Part shown: positions 1 to 12,041 of the stretch, piece by piece | Layout: each line of letters starts with the position of its first letter | Position numbering within the stretch: the stretch's first letter is position 1 | Origin: Octopus bimaculoides | Lineage: Eukaryota | Assembly: GCF_001194135.2 (NCBI RefSeq) | Contig: NC_068981.1 | Span: 139,185,713-139,229,050, forward strand | DNA length: 43,338 bases | Direction: 5' to 3' | Made by a program: the position numbers and the translations under genes | Notes under the pieces: generated by a model | Databases searched by the model: none | Told to the model about the DNA's origin: nothing | What the model saw: the letters and a program-made list of their open reading frames with translations, nothing else

Positions 1-967
1 TATATATATATATATGCACATATTATTTTGTATCATATTGTATGTGTATAAGTGATTACATACATTCATACTCATAAATAAACGCATATATTTGTACGTA
101 TCTATCTAGCTATTTTCCTCTGTAGATGTGTGCACACACACTAACATACATACATACATACATACATACATGTGTCAAAACCTCTGTAAAACGTATGAAA
201 AACCAGAGCAGACATGATTTGTGACAGAGAAAAGCAGAGTAATAGCAATCAATTGTTCGAAATACGTTAACATAATGTTAGAACTAAAAAAGAAAAAAAA
301 GCTAACAAAATATCTATGCCGTGCAAATAAAAGATTCTGCAAATACTGCGTTTAGACAATAATTTTTGATTTAAACCTGTAATTATTGGGACAATTGGTT
401 ATGTAACTAACTGCCTCAAAGACAATCATGAGAAGATGTGCTTCACAAAACCAGAAAGGACATGGCTAATTAAGAAATTACAATTAGAAGCCATTAATCG
501 AGTTAGAAACACATACAAAACATTACAGCAGTTTAGCCGGTAGTATGTATACACGTATAGAGAAACAAACATATGGGTGTAACACTCATACACACATGCG
601 AATTCGCACAAGCAAAAATATACATACAAACACATATGCACATACAACTATATGAAGACAGCTTACTACATGCATACATGCATACGTGTACACATACGGG
701 GAATTTGACTATGTGACTAACTACCATAGTAATAATCTTGAGAAATCTGGGATTCACAAAGGCAGATAAAAAAAAAAAACATGCCTAATTTGGAAAATTA
801 CAACTTTAAGCTGTCGAGAGTGTTGTCAAAATATGTAAAACGTTTATAAAGCTTAGTAATAAGATCCGCAAAAGCAACAGCATCCATGTCTCCACCCGTA
901 TCCACATGTCAATATACATATGCATACATGTACGCATTCATACATGTGTGCATGCATACGTATGTAA

Positions 968-969
<2 letters not shown>

Positions 970-1021
<52 letters not shown>

Positions 1022-1561
1022 NNNNNNNNNNNNNNNNNNNNNNNNNNNNNNNNNNNNNNNNNNNNNNNNNNNNNNNNNNNNNNNNNNNNNNNNNNNNNNN
1101 NNNNNNNNNNNNNNNNNNNNNNNNNNNNNNNNNNNNNNNNNNNNNNNNNNNNNNNNNNNNNNNNNNNNNNNNNNNNNNNNNNNNNNNNNNNNNNNNNNNN
1201 NNNNNNNNNNNNNNNNNNNNNNNNNNNNNNNNNNNNNNNNNNNNNNNNNNNNNNNNNNNNNNNNNNNNNNNNNNNNNNNNNNNNNNNNNNNNNNNNNNNN
1301 NNNNNNNNNNNNNNNNNNNNNNNNNNNNNNNNNNNNNNNNNNNNNNNNNNNNNNNNNNNNNNNNNNNNNNNNNNNNNNNNNNNNNNNNNNNNNNNNNNNN
1401 NNNNNNNNNNNNNNNNNNNNNNNNNNNNNNNNNNNNNNNNNNNNNNNNNNNNNNNNNNNNNNNNNNNNNNNNNNNNNNNNNNNNNNNNNNNNNNNNNNNN
1501 NNNNNNNNNNNNNNNNNNNNNNNNNNNNNNNNNNNNNNNNNNNNNNNNNNNNNNNNNNNNN

Positions 1562-1597
<36 letters not shown>
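970..1597. repeat. (TA)n microsatellite spanning an assembly gap (N 1022-1561)
   Basis: Pure TA runs on both sides of the N block. The overlapping ORFs here are artefacts. Confidence 0.95.
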
Positions 1598-1599
<2 letters not shown>

Positions 1600-1611
1600 T
1601 ACATTCTTTTA

Positions 1612-1806
1612 TTCTTTTACTTGTTTCAGTCATTTGAATGTGGCCATGCTGGAGCACCGCATCGTAGGGCTTTAAGTCAGAGAAATAGATCCGAGGACAT
1701 CTCTTAAGCTTAGTACTTATTCTATCAATAGCTTTTGCCGAATCGCTAAGTTACGGGGACGTAAACACAGTAACACCGGTTGTCAGTGATGGGAGGACAA
1801 ACACAG
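1612..1806 (-). mobile_element. SINE family C, 3' half
   Basis: Reverse complement of the tail also seen at 11098-11240, 25095-25212 and 32978-33130 (…ggtgctccagcatggcc…gactgaaacaagtaaaaga). Confidence 0.75.
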
Positions 1807-1845
1807 GCGCACACACATGCATGCGCGCGCGCACACACACCTTGA

Positions 1846-2375
1846 GAGAGCCGAACAATGGTATAAACACAAGCCAGAAGGAGTAATGGAAAACGAACAT
1901 TACAAAATACTCTGGGATTTGAAAATGCAGTGTGACCAAGTCATAGAGGAAAGAGGACCGGATATTGTACTCATCCATAAAGATGAAAAAGAAGTAAAGA
2001 TAATAGATGTTGCAATACCAGGCGATTCTAGGGTGAAATGTAAGGAAACAGAAACGAGATCGGAAAGGTATGGGGTATGAGGAAAGTAAGGTGATATCAG
2101 TGGTAATTGGAGTATTAAGAGCAGTTTCCAAGGGCTTTGAAAAACATATTAAGAATATTGGGGCTGCTGTCAGGCTTGAGGTGATCCAGAAGACAGCATT
2201 GTTGGGTACAGTTCGCATTCTAAGGAGAGTATTGTCTCTTTGAGTTACAGGAGAAGGCACTACTTGAAACCTTTGGTGATTTGTTATTGCCTGCTTTCAA
2301 GTAAAGAATAACCGGTAATTAAGAACTATCTGTGAGTCTTTCAGGATAATAATAATAATAATGATAATAATAATG
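1846..2375 (+). mobile_element. 3' end of an RLE non-LTR retrotransposon (R4/Dong-like), frameshifted, with (TAA)n tail
   Basis: Translates to KILWD…GPDIVLIHKDEKEVKIIDVAIPGD (PD-D endonuclease motif). A second frame gives VISVVIGVLRAVSKG…LEVIQKTALLGTVRILRRVLSL* (stop 2241-2243). A short 3'UTR and TAA repeats at about 2346-2375 follow. Confidence 0.85.
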
Positions 2376-2921
2376 ACACCGACAAAATGTGCTGAGTGCT
2401 TTTCTTTTTGTCTACTCATATGTATATGTATGCATGTGTGTGTGAGTGTGTGTGTATTTATGTGTATGTGTGTGTATGTGTGTAGCATCTAATATGCAAC
2501 ATGAAAGTTGCATCATAACCGAAACAGTATGTAGGCATACACGGATGCAAGCATCACAATATGGTTAAGGAATTCGGTTTGCAATGTAGACCTCGGTTAG
2601 TGAAAGAAAAAAGATATACATACATACACGTACTTACTAAAAGATTATTTTTCATAGATTTTTTTTTTAATAGCATTGATTGAAGATCAAACATATGGCT
2701 AATCTCAATTGTGTGTAAGTCTTCAAAAGCTTTTGTTGCTTCAAATGTTGCCTGTAAAGTTACCATGTTTTAAATTTGAATAACATAAATCAGCCTTCAT
2801 CTGAATTCCCCATTTCTTGCTTTCGACTGATCCAGTGCTTACCTTGTGATGGTCATGGTTCACTTTATTTCTCTATCAATCACATACATACATACATACA
2901 TACATACATACATGCATGTAC

Positions 2922-3395
2922 AGTTGTTGTTGGCACTCCGTCGCTTACGACGTAGAGGGTTCCAGTTGATCCGATCAACGGAACAGCCTGCGCGTGAAAT
3001 TAACGTGCAAGTGGCTGAGCACTCCACAGACACGTGTACCCTTAACGTAGTCCTCGGGATATTCAGCGTGACACAGTGTGACAAGGCTGACCCTTTGAAT
3101 TACAGGCACAACAGAAACAGGAAGTAAGAGTGAGAGAAAGTTGTGGTGGAAGAGTACAGCAGGGTTCACCACCATCCCCTGCCGGAGCCTCGTGGAGCTT
3201 TAGGTGTTTTCGCTCAATAAACACTCACAACGCCCAGTCTGGGAATCGAAACCGTGANNNNNNNNNNNNNNNNNNNNNNNNNNNNNNNNNNNNNNNTTCG
3301 CTCAATAAACACTCACAACGCCCGGTCTGGGAATCGAAACCGTGATTCTATGACCGCGAGTCCGCTGCCCTAACCACTGGGCCATTGCGCCTCCA
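2922..3395 (-). mobile_element. tRNA-derived SINE family A, full length (interrupted by a small gap)
   Basis: High identity to 17069-17453 and 34946-35308. The reverse strand has A-box TGGCCCAGTGG and B-box GGTTTCGATTCC, and a (CAA)-type tail. Confidence 0.9.
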
Positions 3396-5627
3396 GTACA
3401 TACATGAATACATACATACATACATACATACATACATACACACAACATATATGTATGTATGTATACACGCACACACATATGTATACATGAAACATTGATA
3501 AACTGAGTTGAAAGTGTTTTAGAAAGTTACTTTAATTCAAAGCATTTTTAGTTTTATTCAGGATGGAAGGCATCACCTCTGAGACAAGCGGGAGGGAGAG
3601 ATCGAAGATGGCATTCTCAAACTGGATACCTAGTCTGAATGCTTGCAACGTAGTGGACTCTGCTTAAAATATCTAAGGTGCCAGGTGATGGCTTTTGCTT
3701 ACGGATTAAGCTTACCACCTAATTTGGCCATGGCGGGTAAAGCCAGGATAACTATTGCAAGCCATCCGGTCTGATGTTTTTACTGTCCGGTTAATCCATT
3801 ATCTCCGAAATAAAGAAGTGAAAACGTGAAAAGAATGCTTTTGTTTCTCCTTTTTTTTTATTTCTGACTAGCATTTTAGTGGCTTTCTCTAACACTTTCA
3901 GGTGTAAGTCAGTCTCTGTATGTGCGTATATATATATATATATATATACGTACGCATACGCGTACACATGCACAGACCCACGCATAAAGATACACAAACA
4001 CACACACGGACACATATACAAAGACGCGCACACGCACACACACCTACACATAATGACACACAAACACACGCACGTACACACACACATATATACATACCTA
4101 TGCACACATACATATTCACATACATACACGTACATACACACAAACGCATGCACACCCGCACATACATACACACACACATATGGAAGTTGACTGTGATTTC
4201 AAATTCCATCAAATTTCGACACTAATTCAAATAGCGACCAAAATGCAGATTTTGTCGTTATTTATACCCGAAAAATTCTATAAAATGTACGGAGGTGGGG
4301 AGAGATTTATTTATATGAGATGATTTCAGTAATTTTGGCTTGCTGTCAGATTGTCGTAGTAAATTAAATTTTACTTTTTTGAAGTTGAAAAGGCCTTTAA
4401 ATAGCTGTAGAGAAGAAATAAAATAGTCTATAAATAGTAGTTAATTTATTTTTGATAAAATAGGGTAGTAATGGAGTTTGGTTATATGACTGCTACTCAT
4501 AATTGGAATCTAATGGTCATTTAAAGTTGAAACCTAAAGGTCATTTAAAGATGAAAGCGGGGAAGTGGATGACTATGGAGAAAAGTGTGTGTTGAAAGGG
4601 TGTATGTGTGTATACTTGTTACTGTGTCAGTTGTTATGTAGATATTTATATATGTTTGTATATATTGAACCCTTACTGCTTAGGAAAGTGTCGATAGAAA
4701 CGCTAATGTGTATTGAAAGGGATGTATGATTGTGTGAGCGTGCCTGCTATGGTGTGCTAGACGCTACCTAGGTGTGTATATATGCTTGTATATATTGAAT
4801 CCTTACCACCCAGGAAAAAAATGCTGATAGAAATCTTAGCATGGCAAATTAAGTATGAGTAGTTGAAATAAGTTGTTTAAATGAGAAGTACAAGCAGTAT
4901 AAAGGATAAAGAAAACAAACTATAAGATAGGGAAGGATGAAACCTTAAGAACAAAACCCAGGAATACAGTTTCTCATAACAGATGAAGTAAATAAGTATA
5001 AGAGTAATGCAATATAAACCATACCACATCGTTGAGTTGATTCTCGATGTTCGAAACACCGCGTTGCTCAAAGGTCTCAAAGAATCAAGTGTGTTGCGAA
5101 CATACATCTTTTGAAAGAAGACGTTGTTCTCTGGATTCAAAATACAAGAGCGATTAGCATATTCGTGTTCGAATCAGCCGGAACGTATTAAAAATGAATA
5201 CGTACGTCGTTATCTTGATCCTCGCTATTCTCTGGGCACATAAAGATTTATTGTGAAATATAATTCGTTTTACCAATACATAAACAGACACTCATTGTGT
5301 TTATGGGGTGAGTGTAGGATTACGCACACACACACACACCACACACAGACACACACATACACACACCCACAAACTGTTTATGGGAAACATTTTGAATATG
5401 CAAATAAAGCTCCTATTCTAATATGCTGGCCACAGTCTAATGATGCTGACTGGTGAAGCAGTTTTTCGAGATTATACGTAATGATTATATACAAGGAAGT
5501 AAACCTTCACAGAAATATGGATAAACCCCCATAAACACGATGGATTATGAACTTTGAGGTTCATACTTTTCTCTATATCAAATTTACTCTCTACATCTCC
5601 ACTTAAAAGTCTCCTGCGTATATATCT

Positions 5628-5723
5628 TGTCTCCGATGACAGAATGAAAATACCCAGTATATGGAAATGTGGATCAACACATTGATCCATTACCTGGGGT
5701 ATCCCAGAAACAGCTGTAAGGCA
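5628..5723 (+). ncRNA. Type I hammerhead-ribozyme-like motif (core U4 changed to C)
   Basis: UGUCU-CCGAUGA-[long stem II with AUACCCAG/CUGGGGUAU and perfect UGGAUCAA/UUGAUCCA hairpin]-GAAACAGCUGUA-AGGCA. Stem I has 5 bp with one G-U; stem III is the palindrome ACAGCUGU. Confidence 0.7.
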
Positions 5724-5958
5724 TTATTTACTTTTGATTACCTCGACTCACCATTAGAATAATTTCAATGATCTGATAAGCTTATCCTGCCTTGGTTTTG
5801 TTTCCTCCTCCTTTAACTTATACTCGCTGACTCGGAAGTAGGCCACAGATCCCCAACGTTAGCCCCGTTGTGAACTTGGCTCACAATAGCTTATCAATTG
5901 GCGCACTCATACATAGTACCTATTAGTTTAGATTACCAGTGGACTAAACACTTCCTAT

Positions 5959-6113
5959 TCTCTCTCTCTCTTTCACCCCCTCTCTCTCTCTTTCACCCCT
6001 CTCTCTCTTTCATCCCCTCTCTCTCTTTCACCCCTCTCTCCCTTTCACCCTCTCTCTCTTTCACCCCCTCTCTCTCTTTCACCCCCTCTCTCTCTTTCAC
6101 CCCTCTCTCTCTC
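5959..6113. repeat. CT-rich minisatellite, about 17-bp unit (CTCTCTCTCTTTCACCC)n
   Basis: About 8 diverged tandem copies are visible. Confidence 0.85.
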
Positions 6114-6561
6114 TCATTATAAATATATATTAAATAATACAACGAATAGTTTACACCTGGTAGCTTACTTTCACAGTGTTCGTTATGTATATGATAAATG
6201 AAAGATAGAAAATGGAATATGCGAGAATTTATTATTAATCACGACAATTATTTCGACACATCTAGCATTGATTCCTCACAGGTCGGACACTTAATAACCG
6301 ACTCAGGAGCATCCGGCAGTGCAGATGTGTCTCATCGGATGCTAAATAGGCACAACTCTTTAAAATAACAGTTCCGCAATGTATCTTCTCATTTTGTAGA
6401 AAGAAAAGCAACAAAACGAAGGAAATGTCTTCATTTACATAGAAGCGACAGCAAGAGGAGATAACGCAAGGTTGTTCATATATATATTCATTTAGGGTTG
6501 ACTGTTTGAAAAAAGAGTGCTCAATACAATAGTTGAGATTAAAAATATTTTAGTCAATTTT

Positions 6562-6609
6562 TTGCTACTATGAGTTTCCCTTGTGGGTAAATAAAATCTA
6601 CAGGCAAGT
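6562..6609 (-). ncRNA. Type I hammerhead-like motif (core A6 changed to U)
   Basis: Minus strand reads ACUUGC-CUGUAGA-…ACCCACAAGG-GAAACUCAUAGUA-GCAA. Stem I is UUGC/GCAA and stem III is ACU/AGU. Confidence 0.55.
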
Positions 6610-6629
6610 TACAGCCAATCGCAACTGAT

Positions 6630-6673
6630 CTGAAGACCCTATGCACCCACAAGTAAAACTCAGAGTTGCAAGT
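6630..6673 (+). ncRNA. Hammerhead-like motif, inverted paralog of 6562-6609 (G12 changed to A, 5' strand of stem I missing)
   Basis: CUGAAGA-CCCUAUGCACCCACAAGU-AAAACUCAGAGUU-GCAAGU. It aligns with the adjacent minus-strand copy. Confidence 0.5.
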
Positions 6674-6690
6674 GACTGACTCAACTAAAA

Positions 6691-6692
<2 letters not shown>

Positions 6693-6738
<46 letters not shown>
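6693..6738. repeat. (TA)n microsatellite
   Basis: Pure TA run. Confidence 0.95.
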
Positions 6739-6739
<1 letters not shown>

Positions 6740-6741
<2 letters not shown>

Positions 6742-7560
6742 AAGGAAAGAACACGAACACAAACATTAAGAAGAAAGGGGAGAAAAAGGAAAAGAAAAAA
6801 TGAGATGACTAAAACCGAAACCCCAAACCACCAAACAAAAAACAGAAAACTCAAATATGGAGGCTCCAATGGAATCCGAAACTCTAGAGGAAAGAAGAAA
6901 TTTGGAGTGAACTCAAGGACTTGCAAATTTTATCTGCAAGGCAAATGTTGGCATGGGGAAGACGGTACAAACTGCCGATTTGTTCACCCGAGATCCCGCC
7001 AAAACTACAGGGGCCTTAAGGAGAAATACTTCCCTGAAGGAAGGCACCAATCGCCTCTAAAGGAAAAATATACAAATGCAATGCGCTCTTCAGATGTTAT
7101 GTGCAAGGCAGCAGCTGACCTGTCTACATCAAGAGCAAACAAGGAACCTTGCTCAGCACTGCGCAAGGCCACCACAATCAACGGACACAGGATGACCTCC
7201 CCTAATGCCTGCACAGTCGTCACGCCAATAATTTTACTAAATATTGGGGGCCTGTTGCATCACAACAACAAAAGCAAAGTTTTTCCTCAGAGACCTTGCT
7301 GCCTGCAATCATGTCCTATGTATAGCACTCGTGGAAACTCATCTGAGCCCTGATATAGAGGATACAGAAGTACACGTACCAAAATATACCATACTGCGAA
7401 CAGACAGAAGGGAAATGAGCCATGGTGGAGTTGCTGTATACATTCGTGAAGACACACAGCCCAGGTCTTACTGTTATACTCAAATTCAGTATGTGACACT
7501 CTAATTGTATACATAAGACAACACAATATAGTCATATGCAATACATAACGTAATATAGAT
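6740..7560 (+). mobile_element. Truncated non-LTR retrotransposon: CCCH zinc finger plus start of APE endonuclease, frameshifted
   Basis: CKFYLQGKCWHGEDGTNCRFVH (C-x7-C-x8-C-x3-H) at 6922-6987. APE motifs follow: LLNIGGL, IALVETHL, YTILRTDR, HGGVAVYIRE. Confidence 0.8.
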
Positions 7561-9348
7561 TAGCAATGAATTAAGCATCATTATATGATTATATGATTAT
7601 AAGTTTAATGTATCTAAACAATAATTCGTATTTGTATAAAATAATAAGTAGTTATACAAATACATTATAAATTCGACAGAGACAATCATATATAGAGTAC
7701 AGTGAATTAAAAATAAAACAGTGATTAGCTGAAAGCTTCCTTGAAATTAGAAGGTAGAAACTGCTTCTAGAGGTGTTAAATATATATGAAATATAAATAA
7801 TAATAATATCAATTAATACAAGTGTTTGGAAAATAAATACAATGCAGCTAGGTGTTGGTTGTGTCTTTCAACTGATGAAAGCTATGAACTTAATTGTTCT
7901 TACTAGTTCTCGGCAGAATATTTTATATTCAGATGGCAAGAGTTAAGATGATTAGTGTATATATAGAAATATGAGAAAAGTAGTGATTCTGGTTATGAAT
8001 ATCAACGATAAAGGAGAAGGAAAATACTTTGGTGAAGCCTTCAGCATATGAAATATAGATATGTATAGGTTTTAACCAACGTTGTGTTTTATCAAGATTG
8101 CAAACAATTCCTCTGTACAGTATATGAGTGGATAGAAAAGAAAATGCTCATTATACAAAATGTTCTATCCATTTTATTTCAGTTTCTAATATTGCTGTGT
8201 AACACTGTTCCTGAGGAAGATTACAGTAAGAGTGGAAACACACACGCAACCGTTCCCTCATTTTCTCACCACACACATGTTGTACAGGCGAAATATTTAC
8301 AACCATCATGACACAATGTTGACTAAAAGCATGTGCATATGTGTTCTATAGTACATTACAGCAACAAAACAAAACGCTGTTAGCAAACCAGTAATTTATA
8401 TAAACACATGGCATAACATAACATTTGCAATAAAGTAAACTGAAAAAAAAAGCCGATTAAGTACGAGTACTTTTGCATTATTCCTTATAGCATATGCTAG
8501 GCTAAACACTTCATTAGATACCATTAAATGGTGTGACATTTACACAAAATTAAATAATAAAATGTTTCACTTGATATTTGCATCGGAAAATATGACAAAT
8601 GATTGCAACCTGTGCACGTGAATAACATAGGTGCTATCATAAATCCTTTTACACAGGCATTAGATACGATTACACGTACATTGGAACTAAAGGATACACA
8701 TGTGCAAATAGAAATTTAAAAAAAGCGTTTCAAAAATAGAATTTTAGGCAACAGCATTTCCTGAAAAGTTTACCTTTCTAAATGGGGATATAAGTACGAG
8801 CATAAAAGACAGATGCAAATTGCTGAAACGCTAACCGTCGATAATCATACAGAGCTACTGTTTTATTCACATAAGTAAATGCATTCAAATAGGTATAGAC
8901 AACAAATGCATGTAAATGAAGAACAAAATAAGTATTAATAGAGTTGGTAGAAATGGTCCAACGTTATGGATAATTTCCAAAAGTCTTTGACCTACAGATA
9001 CTTGTTGGATGTTCAAGGCAACAACTCTGGATCTCTCAGGTCTGTACACGTCACAATATTCCAGGTTACGCTTACTTATATCGCATTGTTTGCAGCATTG
9101 TACAACTCCACGGAACAACTGCTTTCCGGTTTGCATCGTAAACAACAGCAGGGAGTAATAATTGAATTACATTCCTCTAACAAAAAAAAAAAAGACTAAG
9201 ATAAGCAAAAAAAACAACAACAAAAAACAACAAAATAAACAAAAAACCCAAGAAAACTACCTTTCCTCATCCTAAACATAAATACTCTCACCTGCACTTC
9301 ACCTCTACTGTCACAATATATGCACTCATACTTACTTGCACACACACA

Positions 9349-9353
9349 TACAA

Positions 9354-9385
<32 letters not shown>

Positions 9386-9415
9386 ACACACACACACACA
9401 CAGACACACACACAT
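9349..9415. repeat. (CA)n microsatellite
   Basis: Direct reading. Confidence 0.9.
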
Positions 9416-10214
9416 ATATACGCACGCGCACGTACTCACCCGTTATACACTTTTCCCACCACATACCCAGAAGTATACCACCTCCACACTTCGATTTCGC
9501 AGAACACAAACATACACACGCGCTCACATGTACTTCTATATAATACACGTGCATAACACACTCACACACAGCCTTATACCATTCAATGCTTGTATCGCTT
9601 ATCTCCTCCTGCTGTCGCTCTTTTTGATGCAAAACATCATTCAACGATTCTGCTCTACCCACACCCGCTCTCCCTTTCAACAGACTAATTCACTAAAATC
9701 AACATTCGTTTTGATTTAATCTTCTTTTTCTCATTTCCACTTTCCCCTTTTTCTTTTCCCTACTTTCCTCTTATCTGTTCTCGACGAAGAAACATTGTCC
9801 AAGTGTTGAAATTTCATCTGTTCCTTCTTTACAACGTAATTTTATCCTTTGTACCCTTGTTCCGTTTCGTTATTTTTTTTTAAATTTTTTTTTTTACATA
9901 TTTTGTTTGCCTTATTTCTCTCATGATTCCACTTGGATATGATATTAAATTACTACGCTGGCGCAGGGCACCAGGATTACACTCGATTTATGGAAAGCCA
10001 TACTTGAATTTAGCTTTTACATCCTTCTTAATATGAAATTCGCAATAAATATCATTTCATAACTTAGAGTAGAAAATGCTTTCAAGTTTTGAAAGAAGAT
10101 AGAAAACAGAATTAAAAGAAGGGGGGCGTGGAGAGTTGGAAGAGAAGAAAAGTTGCATGAGCAGTATTGTAATCATCTAGAATTCCAACAATATCAACAG
10201 CTATGGATAATTGC

Positions 10215-10217
<3 letters not shown>

Positions 10218-10274
<57 letters not shown>

Positions 10275-10354
10275 TGATGATGATGATAATAATAATGAGA
10301 GATACTGATTTTATGAATTTCAAAATCTAAGAGAGGGAGCGAGAGAGAAAGGGA

Positions 10355-10425
<71 letters not shown>
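10218..10425. repeat. (TAA)n/(TGA)n tract (10218-10296) and (GA)n tract (about 10340-10425)
   Basis: Direct reading. Confidence 0.9.
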
Positions 10426-10428
<3 letters not shown>

Positions 10429-10828
10429 AAGAGAGGGAGATAGAGATAATAAAACAAAAAACAAAACAAATCAAAGCAACTACAACAAATATCAACTAAT
10501 GTTTTTCGCTCTGAAGAGCTACTGGCGTCATTGGAAATCACTTGAAAATAACAAGGATCAAATATATTTTTATAACCATTTCCCGCTACTTTATCCGAAA
10601 AACAAGTTTTAATAACAGTAGAAATTTATGTGGCAGTTTCGCTTAATACTACCAGAGGCTGATTTAAAGTTTATAACGTTGACGCCGCTTTAAGAACTAC
10701 ATTTCCTGTCAACAGATTTATCCTAATCTTTTTATTTTTCATTACCGCATGATATCGTACAATATGTATTTCAGTTATTTCTGTCAATGGAACTATCTAG
10801 ACATTGAATTTTCATGTAAGAGGACGAT

Positions 10829-10975
10829 GAATTGGCTGAATCGCTAGAACGTTGGAAGAAATGCTTTGCAGTAGTTGTTCCGGAACATTAGACTCTGAGT
10901 TCAAATCGTACCGAGGTCAACTTTGTCTTTCATTGCTCCAGGGACTATAAAATAAAGTACGAGTCTAGTAGAGTT
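10829..10975 (+). mobile_element. SINE family B, degenerate
   Basis: …gagttcaaatcgtaccgaggtcaactttgtctttcat… matches the family B head and core. Confidence 0.6.
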
Positions 10976-11009
10976 GTCAATCAGAAATCATTATTGTATA
11001 TAAATATAC

Positions 11010-11059
<50 letters not shown>

Positions 11060-11097
11060 ATGGTAGGTGTGTGTACATATATAATTATATATGTTTT

Positions 11098-11236
11098 TTG
11101 TGTCTTTGTCCGTCATCACCGCTTGATACCAGATATTGGTGTGTTTACGTCACAGTACTTGGGACGATTAGTTTGACAAAAAATTCTTTAAGGCGCAACC
11201 ATGGCTGCAGTCTAATGAATGAAACAGGTAAAAGAT

Positions 11237-11240
<4 letters not shown>
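11098..11240 (+). mobile_element. SINE family C, 3' half, internally deleted
   Basis: Follows (TG)n and ends …catggctgcagtctaatgaatgaaacaggtaaaagataaaa. Confidence 0.65.
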
Positions 11241-11270
<30 letters not shown>

Positions 11271-11273
<3 letters not shown>

Positions 11274-12041
11274 GGTGTTTAAAAAAATTTGATATAATTT
11301 CGCAATCTAATAACTTTGCCTGCACTTGTTCAAATGACTTCAAATTTTAACAGTATGTGTAGAAACAGGTCAAAATTTTATGTTTAATGTTTGATATATT
11401 TATCTTTTCAGGTATAGAAATGGCATTCACTGGAAGAAAAAAGGCATTTTTTGTGTTGGAGTATGCTCGAACACAGTCGAACAAGACTGTGCAGCATGCA
11501 TTTGTGAGAGAGTTCTCTGAAAAGTCATCAACGGCAATGCAAATTTGGACATGGCACAAAAACTTCGAAGAGGAAGGCTGTCTGTGCAGGGCAAAAGGAT
11601 CTGGACGACCACTAACTTCGGAAGAGACGGTCGAGCGGGTTCGCCAAAAACTCATGCGACGCACCAAGAAGTCCATAAGAAGAACAAGTCTGGAAACCCA
11701 GATTCCTCCAACGATAGTTTGGCGCGTCCTGAGGAAACACTTGCTAATGAAACCCCATAAGTTGCAGCCTGTTCAGGCCATAACGGCAGATGACAAGCGA
11801 AAGCACAAACATGGGGCTATATGAAGGACCTGGTCTATGTCCCCGCCTCTTCCTGCAAAACTAGAGGGACTCGAGTAGAGAATCCCCATTGCACTGGAGA
11901 CTGTTACCCAAGACATGCTGCAGCGTGTTTGGGAAGAGCTAGACTACCGACTTGACGTATGCTATGTCTCAGGCGGTGCGCATATTGAACATTGTGAAAT
12001 CGTTCATGGAATCCACATACCTTTGAATTTCTCATTCAAAT
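11271..12041 (+). mobile_element. Internally deleted Tc1/mariner element (rosa/DD41D-like; family assignment tentative)
   Basis: Starts CAGGGTG after (TA)n. ORF from 11420: MAFTGRKKAFFVLEY…GSGRP…VERVRQ…KSIRRTS…VWRVLRK. It joins at about 11812 to WGYMKDLVY…DMLQRVWEELDYRLDVC…GAHIEH, so the catalytic DDD region is absent. The right end is in the gap, followed by (TA)n. Confidence 0.8.

Noticed and set aside
886-1707. Long ORFs across N gaps and TA/CA/TACA tracts (also 21907-22543, 23628-24559, 33167-33853, 40810-41349, 41975-42535)
   Set aside because: They are artefacts of Ns and low-complexity repeats (YI, HT, CV, MY runs), with no protein signal.
3209-3345. Apparent tandem duplication inside SINE A on both sides of a 39-N gap
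   Set aside because: The same ~50 bp appears on each side of the gap with one mismatch, which is typical of unmerged contig or haplotype overlap.
8205-8255. CTGAGGA…GAAAC spacing like a hammerhead
   Set aside because: Stem III lacks GUH and stem I does not pair.
8940-9170. Overlapping short ORFs and possible plus-strand exon (ctacag|ATAC…TTCCAG|gttacg)
   Set aside because: Weak donor and no recognisable domain.
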